Virus record (IMG/VR): IMGVR_UViG_3300048855_000207
Coordinates: 1-43,648 of that record
DNA length: 43,648 nucleotides
Source: a virus
Taxonomy: Duplodnaviria > Caudoviricetes
Reading direction: 5' to 3' (one strand)
Position 1 is the first letter of the stretch; each line of letters opens with the position of its first letter. The position numbers and the translations under genes are program-made. This document shows, piece by piece, positions 32,765 through 42,616 of this stretch. A model generated the notes under the pieces. The model was given only the letters and a program-made list of their open reading frames with translations. It was not told where the DNA came from and did not search any database.

Positions 32765-34396
32765 ATGGCCGATGCGCCTCTCTCACGGGAGGAAGTCGCG
32801 GCCCGCCGGAAGGCTACCCGAAAACGCCTCCTAGACGACTTCCAGTTCTACGCCCGCAAGGCGCTTAAAATCCGCACCAAGGACGCTCAGATCGTCCCGT
32901 TCGTCCTCAACCGCGCACAACGCCGGCTGATCGACGCCCTGCTACGCCAGTGGCAGGAAACGGGGCGCATCCGCGTCGTCATCCTGAAAGCCCGACAGCT
33001 CGGGTTCTCCACGGCCTGGGGCGGCTTCATGTACTGGTGGATCAGCCAGCACAAGGCGACCAAGGGCATCGTCGTCACCCACAAGGCGGAAGCCTCCACG
33101 GCGCTCTTCGACATGACGAAGCGCTACCACTCCGAAATGCCCTCCTTCCTCCAGCCGTCAACCTCCAAGGCGAACGGCCGGGAACTGAAGTTCGACAAGC
33201 TCGACAGTGGCTACATGATCGCCACCGCTGGCGCCGACACTGTGGGGCGCGGTGAAACACTCCAGCTCGCGCACCTCTCGGAAGTGGGCCTGTGGCCAAA
33301 GGGTAAGGCGAAAGAAATTATGAACGGTCTCCTCCAGGCCGTCCCTGACGTTCCGGACACCTTCGTTGCAATCGAGTCCACGGCTCGCGGCATGTCGGGT
33401 CCGTTCTACGAAGCATGGAAGGCGGCCGAGAGCGGCTCATCGGGCTATCTCGCCTACTTCGCGCCTTGGTTTGAAGACGAGCGCTACCGAGTCCCAGTGG
33501 ATGAGGAGTTCGTCCGCACCCTCGACGAGGAGGACATGTGCCAAGAGGTCTTCGAGACTTATGGCGAGCGCCTCGATGATGAGCAGCTCCTGTTTCGTCG
33601 CCGCAAGATTGCTCAAGACGGCCCGGACCTGTTCAAGCAGGAATATCCGACCTTCCCGAAGGACGCCTTCCTGACCTCGGGTGCCCCAGTGTTCAACCTG
33701 GAGTACCTCTACGCCCAGATCGAAGCCGCGCCGGACATCAAGCACCGGCTAGAATACGACCCGATCACTTCGGAGATGCTTTCCGATCCGCGGGGGCGGC
33801 TGTTCATGTACCATGAGGTCGACCCGGCCGAGGAGTACACGATCGGCGCCGACGTCTCGAAGGGCACCGCGGAGGGAGACTATTCCGTCGCTGTGATCTT
33901 GGACCGCAAAAAGCGCGTCGTCGGGGTCTGGAGGGGGCTAGTCGACCCTGACTTCTACGCCACGATCCTCCACGCGCTCGGCAAGCTCTACAACTGGGCC
34001 CGGCTGGCCGTCGAGTTCAACAACCACGGCATCCTTCCGAACACCAGGCTCTTCAAGGACTTGGCGTACCCCAACCTCTACACTCGCGAAGTCTACGACA
34101 AGCAGACCGACGAGACGAAGGAGGAGCTAGGCTTCTACACGGACGTCAAGACCCGCCCGCTCATCATCGACGAGTTGCGCCAAGCAATCCGCGAGAAGGC
34201 GATCGAACTTAACGACAAGGTCCTCCTAGAAGAGATGACCACCTTCATCGCCGACCCCAAGACGGGGAAGATCGAGCACGAGGTGGGGTGCCACGACGAC
34301 TGTGTCTTCGCCTTGGCAATCGCCAACCACTGCCACGAGGGCTCGTGGGCTCCAGTCGAGAGCCACGAAGACTTTTATTATGAGATGATTGCATGA
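32765..34396 (+). CDS. terL: Terminase large subunit
   Basis: LKARQLGFST (Walker A), HLSE (Walker B), ESTA, IGADVS, HDDCV nuclease motifs. Confidence 0.96.
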   Translation: MADAPLSREEVAARRKATRKRLLDDFQFYARKALKIRTKDAQIVPFVLNRAQRRLIDALLRQWQETGRIRVVILKARQLGFSTAWGGFMYWWISQHKATKGIVVTHKAEASTALFDMTKRYHSEMPSFLQPSTSKANGRELKFDKLDSGYMIATAGADTVGRGETLQLAHLSEVGLWPKGKAKEIMNGLLQAVPDVPDTFVAIESTARGMSGPFYEAWKAAESGSSGYLAYFAPWFEDERYRVPVDEEFVRTLDEEDMCQEVFETYGERLDDEQLLFRRRKIAQDGPDLFKQEYPTFPKDAFLTSGAPVFNLEYLYAQIEAAPDIKHRLEYDPITSEMLSDPRGRLFMYHEVDPAEEYTIGADVSKGTAEGDYSVAVILDRKKRVVGVWRGLVDPDFYATILHALGKLYNWARLAVEFNNHGILPNTRLFKDLAYPNLYTREVYDKQTDETKEELGFYTDVKTRPLIIDELRQAIREKAIELNDKVLLEEMTTFIADPKTGKIEHEVGCHDDCVFALAIANHCHEGSWAPVESHEDFYYEMIA

Positions 34397-36456
34397 CCAC
34401 CAAACGCCGCGTCCTGACGGACGAGGAGTTGCTCCAGGCCTGTCGATCCAAGGCGGACTTCGGGTCTCGCTTCGTCGACAGTACGCTCGCCGAGGAGCGC
34501 CGCAAGGTCTCGGAATACTACCTCGGGAAGGCCCCCGTGCCGGCTCGCGAAGGCGGCTCCAAGTTCGTCAGCCAGGACGTCTATCTCTCGGTCGAGAGCA
34601 TGAAGGCCGAATTAGTCGAGACCTTTGGCGCGGGTAGCAAGATCGTGTCGTTTGCGCCTCAGGGCCCGGAGGACGTCGCGCTTGCCAAGCACTCCACCGC
34701 CTATTGCGAGATGGTCGTCCACCGGACCAATTCCGGCCTCGAAATCTTCCAGGATGCCGTCCACGACGCTCTCACCAATCGCGTGGGCCTCGCCAAGGTC
34801 TTCTGGGATCGTAGTGAGGACGTAGCCGAGTACCGCTTCCGGGACAAACCCGAGGCGGAGGTCGTTGCACTCCTTCAGCAGCCGGGCGCCCAGCCCATCG
34901 GCAAGCCAACGGCTTCGCCAGGCCCGCAGGGTATCGTCTGGAGCGGCGAGTACGAGGTCGTCACCGACACGTCACAGACCCGAATTGTGCCGATCCCTCC
35001 CGAGGAGTTCGTCATCGTCGGCCGCACCCGGTCTCTCGATAAGGCGCCCTATCTGGCCCACCGCTATCGCAGCACCTTGGGCGAGCTGGTCGACGACGGC
35101 TACGACGAAGACCTTGTCTACAGCATTACGGGCAGCGACGACGACCTAGCGTTCGACGCCGAGGCCATGCAGCGCGAAGAGGACACCGCGTCCCACTTCG
35201 ACGCTGAGGACGACGCGATCGATGACGCCGGCAAGGTCGTCACGGTCTACGAGAGCTACATCCGCATCGACGCGGAGGGCAGGGGCCGTCAGCAGCTCTG
35301 GAAGGTCGTCCACGTAGGCGACACCCTCCTCGACAAGCAGAAGGTGTCCTCTCACCCGTTCGTGTCGTTCGTGCCTCAGCCGATCCCGCACACGTTCTTC
35401 GGCAACAACTTCGCCGCCCGCACGATCCCCCACGCCAACACCAAGACGGTGCTGACCCGTGCGATCATCGAGCAGGCTGTGGAGGCAACCCAGCCGCGCT
35501 GGCAAGTTGCCCGAGGTGGCGTTGCGAACCCGCGGGAGCTGATCGACAACCGCCGGGGCGGCATCGTCAACGTCCGCTCCGTCGTCGACAGCGTCGCGCC
35601 CCTGCCACAGACGCCCATCAACCCATTCGTCCTCCAGACGATCGGGATGATCGACACGGACCGGGAGGACACCACCGGCATCTCGAAGCTCTCCCAGGGC
35701 CTCGATAAGAAGGCCCTGTCCCACCAGAACAGTGCCGGTTTGGTGGAGCAGCTCACGTCGAACAGCATGACCCGAACGAAGGTCATCGCCCGGAACTTCG
35801 CGCTCCAGTTCGTGGCTCAGCTTTACCTCAAGGTCTACGCCATCGGCATCGAGAACGAGACCCGAGAGCGCATGATCGAGATGGGCGGCTCCTTCGTGCC
35901 TGTCTCGCCGGCCGCGTGGCGCTCCCGCAAGGACGTCGCGGTCGACATGACCCTTGGCTACGATGAGCGCGACACGCGCGTTTCGGAGCTGGCGGACCTC
36001 GACAAGGCCCTCTCGGCCAGTCCGCGGCTAAAGCGGGCATACGGTGAGCAACAGGCCTTCGCCATCTATCGGGACGCCTTGGAGCTGAAGGGCTTCAAGA
36101 ACGCCGGGGAGTATCTGATTGACCCGAGCACCCTCGGCGCCGAACAGCCCGACCCAATGCAGCAAGCCGAGCTGGCCAAGCTCCAGAAGGACACCGAAGT
36201 CTCCGAGCGCCAGATGGCTCTCCGCGAGAAGCAAGTGGCTCAGGACCTCGCCCGGAAGAACGCCGAGGCAGAGTGGCGCCGGATTACCGGCCAGCACGAC
36301 ATGGACATGCAGAAGCAGTCCGAGGACCGCAAGGACGCCGAGACAAGCAATCGCATCGACATCGGCTTGGCGGAGCTGGAGCTGGCAATCAACGCCGCCC
36401 ACAGCGTGGACCCGAAGAACGAGAAGTTCACGGCGATCGCTTCGCCCAACAGCTAA
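34393..36456 (+). CDS. Portal protein (P22 / phiEco32-like, long C-terminal helix)
   Basis: 687 aa after TerL; FVSQDV...VE.MK, G.AKVFW, IPPEEF, TGIS...QG. Confidence 0.9.
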   Translation: MTTKRRVLTDEELLQACRSKADFGSRFVDSTLAEERRKVSEYYLGKAPVPAREGGSKFVSQDVYLSVESMKAELVETFGAGSKIVSFAPQGPEDVALAKHSTAYCEMVVHRTNSGLEIFQDAVHDALTNRVGLAKVFWDRSEDVAEYRFRDKPEAEVVALLQQPGAQPIGKPTASPGPQGIVWSGEYEVVTDTSQTRIVPIPPEEFVIVGRTRSLDKAPYLAHRYRSTLGELVDDGYDEDLVYSITGSDDDLAFDAEAMQREEDTASHFDAEDDAIDDAGKVVTVYESYIRIDAEGRGRQQLWKVVHVGDTLLDKQKVSSHPFVSFVPQPIPHTFFGNNFAARTIPHANTKTVLTRAIIEQAVEATQPRWQVARGGVANPRELIDNRRGGIVNVRSVVDSVAPLPQTPINPFVLQTIGMIDTDREDTTGISKLSQGLDKKALSHQNSAGLVEQLTSNSMTRTKVIARNFALQFVAQLYLKVYAIGIENETRERMIEMGGSFVPVSPAAWRSRKDVAVDMTLGYDERDTRVSELADLDKALSASPRLKRAYGEQQAFAIYRDALELKGFKNAGEYLIDPSTLGAEQPDPMQQAELAKLQKDTEVSERQMALREKQVAQDLARKNAEAEWRRITGQHDMDMQKQSEDRKDAETSNRIDIGLAELELAINAAHSVDPKNEKFTAIASPNS

Positions 36457-36462
36457 GGAAAC

Positions 36463-36783
36463 ATGGAAGACCTCGTCCTCACCGACGAGGAGGAAACGAT
36501 TGTTCGGGAGGGAGATGCCGCGGTATCCCTTCTCGACAGTCCCATATTCCTTCTCGCGATCGAGCGCTTGCGCCAGCAATGCGCCGATAAAATCCTCGAA
36601 AGCGCGCCTGAAAAGGTCGCCGATCGAGAGAACCTCTACAACCTTTCCCGCGGCCTGTCGGCTGTGACCGAGGAATTGCTCTCAATGGCAAGCCTCGCGG
36701 CCACCACAATCGACAATGCCAAGCGGCTCACCCCCGACCCGGACGTCCAGGAAGAACCCGACGCCTCCTGGGTCGATTACTAA
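36463..36783 (+). CDS. Small head-module hypothetical protein
   Basis: AAGGA RBS; between portal and scaffold. Confidence 0.72.
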   Translation: MEDLVLTDEEETIVREGDAAVSLLDSPIFLLAIERLRQQCADKILESAPEKVADRENLYNLSRGLSAVTEELLSMASLAATTIDNAKRLTPDPDVQEEPDASWVDY

Positions 36784-36792
36784 AGGCAACCT

Positions 36793-37809
36793 GTGTCCAT
36801 CCCATCGGACGACATTGACGACGGCATGAGCGACAACGCGGCCGTTGAGGCCCTCATGGCCTCCATGACCAAAGGCAACTCGAAGGCCGCTCAGGCCGAT
36901 GAAGACGAAGAGGCCGACGACGAACCCGAAGACGACGAAGGCGGCGAGGCGGACGACAAGTCCACCGAAGGCGCTAAAGACGACGACGAGGACGAAGAGA
37001 CCGATGAAGACGAAGGCGACGAAGAGGACGAGGCGGAAGCCGATGGCGCCGACAAGGCCGGGAAGGCCGCCGAGACCCCCAAGGACGTCAGCGATGACGC
37101 CGTGGTCAAGGTCAAGATCGGCGACGAGGAAACCGAGTTCACTGTCGGCAACCTGAAGCGCCTCGCCGGCCAAGAGGCCTCCCTGACCCGCAAGAGCCAA
37201 GAAGTCGAGCTCGTGGGCGGACGGGCCGCAGCGGCGCTAACCGGCGCTCTGGAGTCGGTCCTTGAGGACCTGGAGCCCTACAAGGACCTCGACTGGGTTC
37301 TCGCCGGCCGCCAGATGGACGACGACGAGTTCGAGTGGCACCGTGAGCAGTACAACCGGCTGACCAAGCGGTACGACAGCATCATCGGCGCCGCTCAGGG
37401 CTTCGAGACCACGATGGCCGAGCGTCAGACCGCAGCGGAGCGGGAAGCCCAAGCAGCTCTTCCCGACGCGATGAAGGCTTTAGTGCCCGAATGGTCCGAC
37501 GCGCTCCATGCGGAGGTGAAGGCCTATGCGGCCTCGCAAGGTGCCACCGCCGGCAGGATGGACCGGGTGTTCGACCCCGTCACTCTCGGGCTGATCCACA
37601 AGGCCATGCTCTACGACAAGGGCAAGAAGGCCATGGCGGAGAAGGTCCGCACCGCGCCCGCCAAGGTCCGCAAGACCAGCGGCCGGGAAGCTCTCGCCCC
37701 CGAGGGCCGTACCGAACGCAACACCCAAAAGAAGATCGCCAGCGGGCACATGTCCGAAGACGATGCAGCAGCCGCCCTCTTGGGCCGCTGGGGCGTGAAG
37801 CGCCGCTAA
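36793..37809 (+). CDS. Capsid scaffolding protein
   Basis: Very acidic N-terminus, VKIGDEE....V..L, LTRKSQE, helical; precedes MCP. Confidence 0.8.
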   Translation: MSIPSDDIDDGMSDNAAVEALMASMTKGNSKAAQADEDEEADDEPEDDEGGEADDKSTEGAKDDDEDEETDEDEGDEEDEAEADGADKAGKAAETPKDVSDDAVVKVKIGDEETEFTVGNLKRLAGQEASLTRKSQEVELVGGRAAAALTGALESVLEDLEPYKDLDWVLAGRQMDDDEFEWHREQYNRLTKRYDSIIGAAQGFETTMAERQTAAEREAQAALPDAMKALVPEWSDALHAEVKAYAASQGATAGRMDRVFDPVTLGLIHKAMLYDKGKKAMAEKVRTAPAKVRKTSGREALAPEGRTERNTQKKIASGHMSEDDAAAALLGRWGVKRR

Positions 37810-37863
37810 GCGCTCACGACCACCCACAACACCACTACCTTTCAAAAAGAACGAATACCCAAC

Positions 37864-38790
37864 ATGGCAACTTTCAAGACCTATGACAGCGTCGGCGCCA
37901 AGGAAGACGTCTCGGACGTCATCTCGACCCTGACGCCGCACAAGGTCCCCTTCAGCTCGTCGATCGGTCAGGACACCGTGAAGCAGAAGGTCTACCAGTG
38001 GCAGGAGGACGAACTGGAGGGCGGCCAGGATAACGCCCAGGTCGAAGGCTTCGACGCCACCGAAGAGGCCATGACGACCACGTCGATGCGCCAGAATACG
38101 ACCCAGATCATGTCGCGGACGATCAAGCTCTCGGGCTCGCTTCAGGCGACCGACCACTACGGTCGTGCGAACGAACTGGCCCGACAGCTCGTCAAGAAGG
38201 GCAAGAGCCTTCGCCTCGACCTGGAGCGCGCCTACGTTGGCGTCGACCAAGCAATGGTCCTCGGTGACAACAACACCCCGCGGCGCACGGCCTCGGCGTC
38301 GCAGCTCATCGCCGCGACCAACAAGATCGATGGCGGCGGCAACCCGATCAGCGAGACTCTCGTCCAGGCGGCCATCCGCAAGGCCTTCGACTCGGGCAGC
38401 GACAGCGCGGAGACCTTCATGGTCAAGCCGACCGATGCGGAAGCCGTGTCGCTGTTCGCCGGCACCGCTGACCGCGTCCGGGACGTGGGTATCAACCCGG
38501 CGAAGATCGTCGTGAAGGTCGACATCTACGTCACCGCCCTCGGCACCCTCCGCGTCACCATCAATCGCGAGATCAAGAAGGACTTCGCCCTCCTCTACGA
38601 TCCGTCGATGTGGAAGAAGACGGTACTGAAGGGCCGCGGCTGGTTCCGTGAGACGCTGGCGAAGACCGGCGACAACACGAAGATCATGCTGGCCGGCGAG
38701 TACGGCCTCAAGCACGACAACTTCAAGGGCGCCGTGCTCCTCCAGAACCTCGACAAGACCGGCACCAACGCGGACGATCCCGACGCCTAA
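37864..38790 (+). CDS. Major capsid protein (SU10 / DUF5309-like)
   Basis: G.KEDVSDVI....P...PF.S.IG........QWQEDEL, N.TQI, DLE, LAKTGD, GEYGL. Confidence 0.92.
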   Translation: MATFKTYDSVGAKEDVSDVISTLTPHKVPFSSSIGQDTVKQKVYQWQEDELEGGQDNAQVEGFDATEEAMTTTSMRQNTTQIMSRTIKLSGSLQATDHYGRANELARQLVKKGKSLRLDLERAYVGVDQAMVLGDNNTPRRTASASQLIAATNKIDGGGNPISETLVQAAIRKAFDSGSDSAETFMVKPTDAEAVSLFAGTADRVRDVGINPAKIVVKVDIYVTALGTLRVTINREIKKDFALLYDPSMWKKTVLKGRGWFRETLAKTGDNTKIMLAGEYGLKHDNFKGAVLLQNLDKTGTNADDPDA

Positions 38791-38804
38791 GGCGGACTGA
38801 TCGT

Positions 38805-38840
38805 GGGCCCCTAGTTCCTCCGGGAGCTGGGGGCCTTCTT
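38805..38840 (+). terminator. Terminator after major capsid gene
   Basis: GGCCCCTAGTTCC / GGAGCTGGGGGCC stem then TTCTT. Confidence 0.75.
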
Positions 38841-38859
38841 GCTACTATCATCGAAATAC

Positions 38860-39183
38860 ATGCATTCCCCCGTCATAATCGACTCTACCGATCGCCTCCA
38901 TCTAGAGGTCGACCGGAATATGAAAATCCAGTCCGCCCACGTAGAGGCGTTCCAGGAAATCCCGGACGAGTTCCGCCGGAACATACAAGACATCCGGACC
39001 CGTCAAGACGGGAAGTTTGCCGCCGATGACGTGCAGATCGCGTCCCTTCCCGGCGCCCTTGTCGACCACTGGTTTCGCCAGGGCTTCAACATTTGGGATC
39101 GCAACATCCGGGCTCAAGACATCATCGATCGCCTGAGGAATGAAAACCTCGGCGCGTTTCTCTGCACCTCCAAGTCCTTCTGA
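38860..39183 (+). CDS. Hypothetical head-module protein
   Basis: Follows MCP; IASLP...V..W...G.N motif; start uncertain. Confidence 0.68.
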   Translation: MHSPVIIDSTDRLHLEVDRNMKIQSAHVEAFQEIPDEFRRNIQDIRTRQDGKFAADDVQIASLPGALVDHWFRQGFNIWDRNIRAQDIIDRLRNENLGAFLCTSKSF

Positions 39184-39189
39184 GGCACA

Positions 39190-39804
39190 ATGAGCTTCGG
39201 AAAGCTAAAGCGGAGGCTTCAAAGCCTCATCAATCGTAAAGACCTCAGTGATGCTCTGGCGGGAGACTTCATCACGGACGCCGTGTCCGATATGGAGCGT
39301 GTCTTGCGAGTGGGCTGCATGGAAACGGTACTAACCCAAAGCGATTGGGACGGCATCCGCAACGCCATCCTCATCCCTCCTATCTTCCTCGAAGGCATCA
39401 ACCTGTTCACCGCTGAAGGTGAGCTAACCCAATGCGACCTCGCGTCCTTTCTGGCGCTGGAAGATAATGGGGGGTGTCCCACGCACTACGTCAAGATCGC
39501 CGACCGCTGGCTAGTAAAGCCAACGCCGCATCGGGGCTCAAACGTCTACCTCCACTTCTACGCGCAGTCGAAGCCGCTGGAGACGGACGAAGATGAGAAC
39601 GTTTGGACACAATCGGCCCTTAATGCCGTCGTGTACCAAGCCGCAACTCTCGCCGCCGACCACTTCCAAATGGAAGATGTGTACGCTCAGCGCTTCAAGG
39701 ATCGCGCATCCGACTATGTCCAAGCTATTCAAGAGCAGGACCTGGGCGAGAAGTGGTCTGGCCGGATCGCTATTCCTCTCCCCACTCTTATTGGTGATTA
39801 CTAA
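39190..39804 (+). CDS. Head-tail adaptor (tail tubular A-equivalent)
   Basis: LK......INR.DL.......FI......MER.LR...ME, G.P..Y; position after MCP. Confidence 0.72.
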   Translation: MSFGKLKRRLQSLINRKDLSDALAGDFITDAVSDMERVLRVGCMETVLTQSDWDGIRNAILIPPIFLEGINLFTAEGELTQCDLASFLALEDNGGCPTHYVKIADRWLVKPTPHRGSNVYLHFYAQSKPLETDEDENVWTQSALNAVVYQAATLAADHFQMEDVYAQRFKDRASDYVQAIQEQDLGEKWSGRIAIPLPTLIGDY

Positions 39805-40370
39805 TGCCTAGCGACTTGTCCCAGACGTCGTTCTACGCGGGCGGTCGCTCTAGCTCACTACTCGGCCCACGCGGCGAACGGGGCGACGAGGGCCCCCAGG
39901 GCCGAGCCGGTCCCCAAGGTGAGCGTGGCGACCGCGGCGTACCCGGAAGGGGCTCCGCGTACCGCATCGCTGGCGGCCGGATAGGCCCTGTGCCGGCAAG
40001 CTCTGTCTTGCTGGACCATGTGGTTGCTGAAGATTGCTATCTCGCCCCCAATCTATCCGGGTCCGTCGCGGCGTGTGATACGCCACCGCAGTCCCCTTGG
40101 ACGGCCACTGTTCACGTCAACGGGGATTCTGTCGGAAGCGTACGCTTTACGCCCGCTAGCCGGTTCGCGGCTTTCTCGACGGAAAGCGGCACCCGCACTC
40201 ACTTGCAGCCCGGCGATGTTGTCGCGGTCGCTGCACCCAGCACGGACGATGCCGCCATCACAAGCGTACGGCTCACGCTCCTAGCTGACACGCCGCCCGA
40301 CACGGACGTCTACGACGACGGCATCTGGGGCGGCTCTATCAATATCAAAGACGACGGAGGCTGGGGTTAA
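39804..40370 (+). CDS. Collagen-repeat-containing fibre / baseplate-like protein
   Basis: GPRGERGDEGPQGRAGPQGERGDRGVPGRG Gly-X-Y run followed by a beta domain. Confidence 0.72.
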   Translation: MPSDLSQTSFYAGGRSSSLLGPRGERGDEGPQGRAGPQGERGDRGVPGRGSAYRIAGGRIGPVPASSVLLDHVVAEDCYLAPNLSGSVAACDTPPQSPWTATVHVNGDSVGSVRFTPASRFAAFSTESGTRTHLQPGDVVAVAAPSTDDAAITSVRLTLLADTPPDTDVYDDGIWGGSINIKDDGGWG

Positions 40371-41782
40371 TGGCCCGCCGAATTATTCCACATGCGCCTG
40401 ACGGCCTGCTTGCTGCCACGATCCTCGAAGTAGGGGAAATTGCCTTCGCCGAGACGAGCCGGGAGCTTCGCCTTGGGGACGGCGAGACTGTAGGGGGCTT
40501 CCCCGTCGGCAATCTCGGGTCCATCGGCGACGGTGTTGGGGGCTTCCTCTTCTCCAGCTTCCGCGGGGATAACGAGCTTCAGGGCTTGGACCTCTTCTAC
40601 TCGGCCGATGGCTTCAACCTCTACCGTCTCAACGGCGGCTTCGTGGACAACCCCGGCGAAGTCCGCGACCCCTCCATGTTCCTCGCCGACGATGGGTACT
40701 GGTACTACTTCAGGACCGTCGGGTATCGTTCGGCCACGTTTGAGGTTCGCCGATCCGTCGAGAAGAACCTAGTCAGCGGCTTCAAGTCCGTAGCCTTTGT
40801 TGACTGTCGCACGGCAGAGCGTCCGGACATCGTGACGGCTTGGGCGCCCAGCGCCTTCCGACACCCACAGACAGGCGTGTGGTATGCTGAGGTCGCGCTC
40901 GCTGACAACAGTGACGAGACGCTCCACAACATGGCATACGTCGAGTTCACGTCGCCCGACTTCACGACCTGGAACCCCCCGGCCTCGTACGGAATGGGCG
41001 TCAACTACATCGACGGCGAGACGGTCTTCGAGGGCGGCTTGTTCCACATGTTCGTCAAGAACGAGGCCCCAGGGTCAAAGTACATCGAGCGGTGGACGTC
41101 GCCTGCCTACCCGAACCCCGGCGGCTGGACGCAAGTTAATGCCGGCGATTGGTTGGGCTTCTCCGTGACCGGCACGACGGTGGAGGGCGTCACCTTGGCG
41201 AAGCGCGGAGCCCAGTGGTTCCTCTATGCGGACGCCAACTCCCTCGGTATCCCCTTCGTGACGACGTCCGACAAGCTGGCAGGCCCGTGGACGATCCCGC
41301 AGCCCGTAAGCACCTTCGGCGCCGCCATGCGTCACTTCTTCGCTATCCCGCTCGATACGCCTGTGGCGCGTAGCAAAACCAGCGAAGCTGCCTCGGTACT
41401 GTCGCTTGGCAAAATTGCGGAGCTGGCCCCCTCCGCGCGTCCGGCCGTTCCGCTTGCCGCCGCGCTCGGTACGGGATGGACGGCGAACTTCCCCGCGTTC
41501 GGCGATGCCGCCCCCTCCGGTTACGCCTCCCTCTCGGGGGAGGTGAGCTGGACCGGGAGCGCGCCCACCGGAGAGGATGCGATCATCATCCGGCTCCCCG
41601 CCGGGCTGGCGAATGCCAATCCCAAGCGCTTCCTTGTGCCGGCCGCCAATGGCGCGGCGACCGCCAGTTTGTTCCTGTATAAGGGCTTCCTCATCTGGCA
41701 GGCCGGATCGACCGACCGCATCGACCTCGGCTCGATCACGTACATTATCGACGGCACGGTAACGGGCCTCAACCCTGGGTAA
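40370..41782 (+). CDS. Tail fibre / tailspike with five-bladed beta-propeller glycoside hydrolase (GH43/GH32-like) domain
   Basis: N-terminal GEIAF..T..LRLGDG.T.GG attachment motif; RDP, WAP, YID and VEG propeller motifs. Confidence 0.72.
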   Translation: MARRIIPHAPDGLLAATILEVGEIAFAETSRELRLGDGETVGGFPVGNLGSIGDGVGGFLFSSFRGDNELQGLDLFYSADGFNLYRLNGGFVDNPGEVRDPSMFLADDGYWYYFRTVGYRSATFEVRRSVEKNLVSGFKSVAFVDCRTAERPDIVTAWAPSAFRHPQTGVWYAEVALADNSDETLHNMAYVEFTSPDFTTWNPPASYGMGVNYIDGETVFEGGLFHMFVKNEAPGSKYIERWTSPAYPNPGGWTQVNAGDWLGFSVTGTTVEGVTLAKRGAQWFLYADANSLGIPFVTTSDKLAGPWTIPQPVSTFGAAMRHFFAIPLDTPVARSKTSEAASVLSLGKIAELAPSARPAVPLAAALGTGWTANFPAFGDAAPSGYASLSGEVSWTGSAPTGEDAIIIRLPAGLANANPKRFLVPAANGAATASLFLYKGFLIWQAGSTDRIDLGSITYIIDGTVTGLNPG

Positions 41783-41870
41783 GGCCTCCGGCCCCCCGTC
41801 TCTCAAGTTCCCCGGCCACCGCGCCGGGCACCTTCGGCCCCTTAGCCGATCAGCCCCTCCAGGATACTCA

Positions 41871-42137
41871 ATGACCCCCACCGACCTGGCGCCCGTGACT
41901 CTCATGTTCGAGATGCGCGAGCGCCTGGTACGTATCGAGACCAAGATGGACGGAGCGACCGAGAAGGTCGACTCCATGTCCGACAAGGTCGACAGCCACG
42001 ATACGCGCCTCAACGCCCTCGAAGGCAACCACGCCCAGCTCCAAACTCAGCTCGCTATGCTGAAGTGGGCTGGCGGCGGCCTCCTCGGCTTCGTTGGTCT
42101 CTTCGGAGACAGGATCGTCGGCCTCCTCTTCAACTGA
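41871..42137 (+). CDS. Coiled-coil protein with C-terminal TM (holin / antiholin candidate)
   Basis: ERLVRIETKMD...RLNALE...KWAGGGLLGFVGLF. Confidence 0.62.
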   Translation: MTPTDLAPVTLMFEMRERLVRIETKMDGATEKVDSMSDKVDSHDTRLNALEGNHAQLQTQLAMLKWAGGGLLGFVGLFGDRIVGLLFN

Positions 42138-42149
42138 CCGATCCCAAAG

Positions 42150-42187
42150 CACCCCCAGTCCCCTCGCGGCACATGGGGGTGTTTTTT
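42150..42187 (+). terminator. Intrinsic terminator ending the virion module
   Basis: CACCCCCA / TGGGGGTG stem then TTTTTT. Confidence 0.8.
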
Positions 42188-42194
42188 CGTCCCC

Positions 42195-42232
42195 TTGCCA
42201 GCTAGGGATATTCCACATATACGGAACTTCGC
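42195..42232 (+). promoter_or_regulatory. Putative host sigma70 promoter overlapped by 23-bp motif copy E (42210-42232)
   Basis: TTGCCA-N17-TATACG; ATTCCACATATACGGAACTTCGC is 15/23 identical to copy B. Confidence 0.5.
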
Positions 42233-42279
42233 GGGCCGGAGACGGTTTGCACACGCACCAACAGAGACAGGAGACCACA

Positions 42280-42603
42280 GTGGCGAGCAAGCTGAAGGAG
42301 TTCGATCGTTGCATCACGGCGCTTCAGGCGTCGACCGACCAGACGATACCGAGCCAGATGATGCGAGCCTTTATCGCTGTGTGTGAGCACGAGGGCAAAT
42401 CCATGTCCGAGCTGGCCGACATCGTGGGAGCGAACGTCTCCACCATGTCCCGGCATCTCCTCGACCTGGGCCCACGCAATCGGAAGATGGAGCCGGGTTA
42501 CGGGCTCGTCGAGGCCCGCACGGACCCCATGAACCTCCGAGTCAAAAACTTCTTCCTCACCCCTAAGGGCAAGCTGGCCCTCCGCAACATCGAACGCGAC
42601 TAG
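42280..42603 (+). CDS. MarR-like winged-helix protein
   Basis: GTG after AGGAG; SMSELADIVG..VSTMSRHL..L......GLV....DP...R.K...LTPKG. Confidence 0.85.
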   Translation: MASKLKEFDRCITALQASTDQTIPSQMMRAFIAVCEHEGKSMSELADIVGANVSTMSRHLLDLGPRNRKMEPGYGLVEARTDPMNLRVKNFFLTPKGKLALRNIERD

Positions 42604-42616
42604 GAGCGCAACACAT

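Noticed and set aside
36895-37040. GACGAA/GACGAC-rich low-complexity tract
   Set aside because: Simply encodes the acidic region of the scaffolding protein
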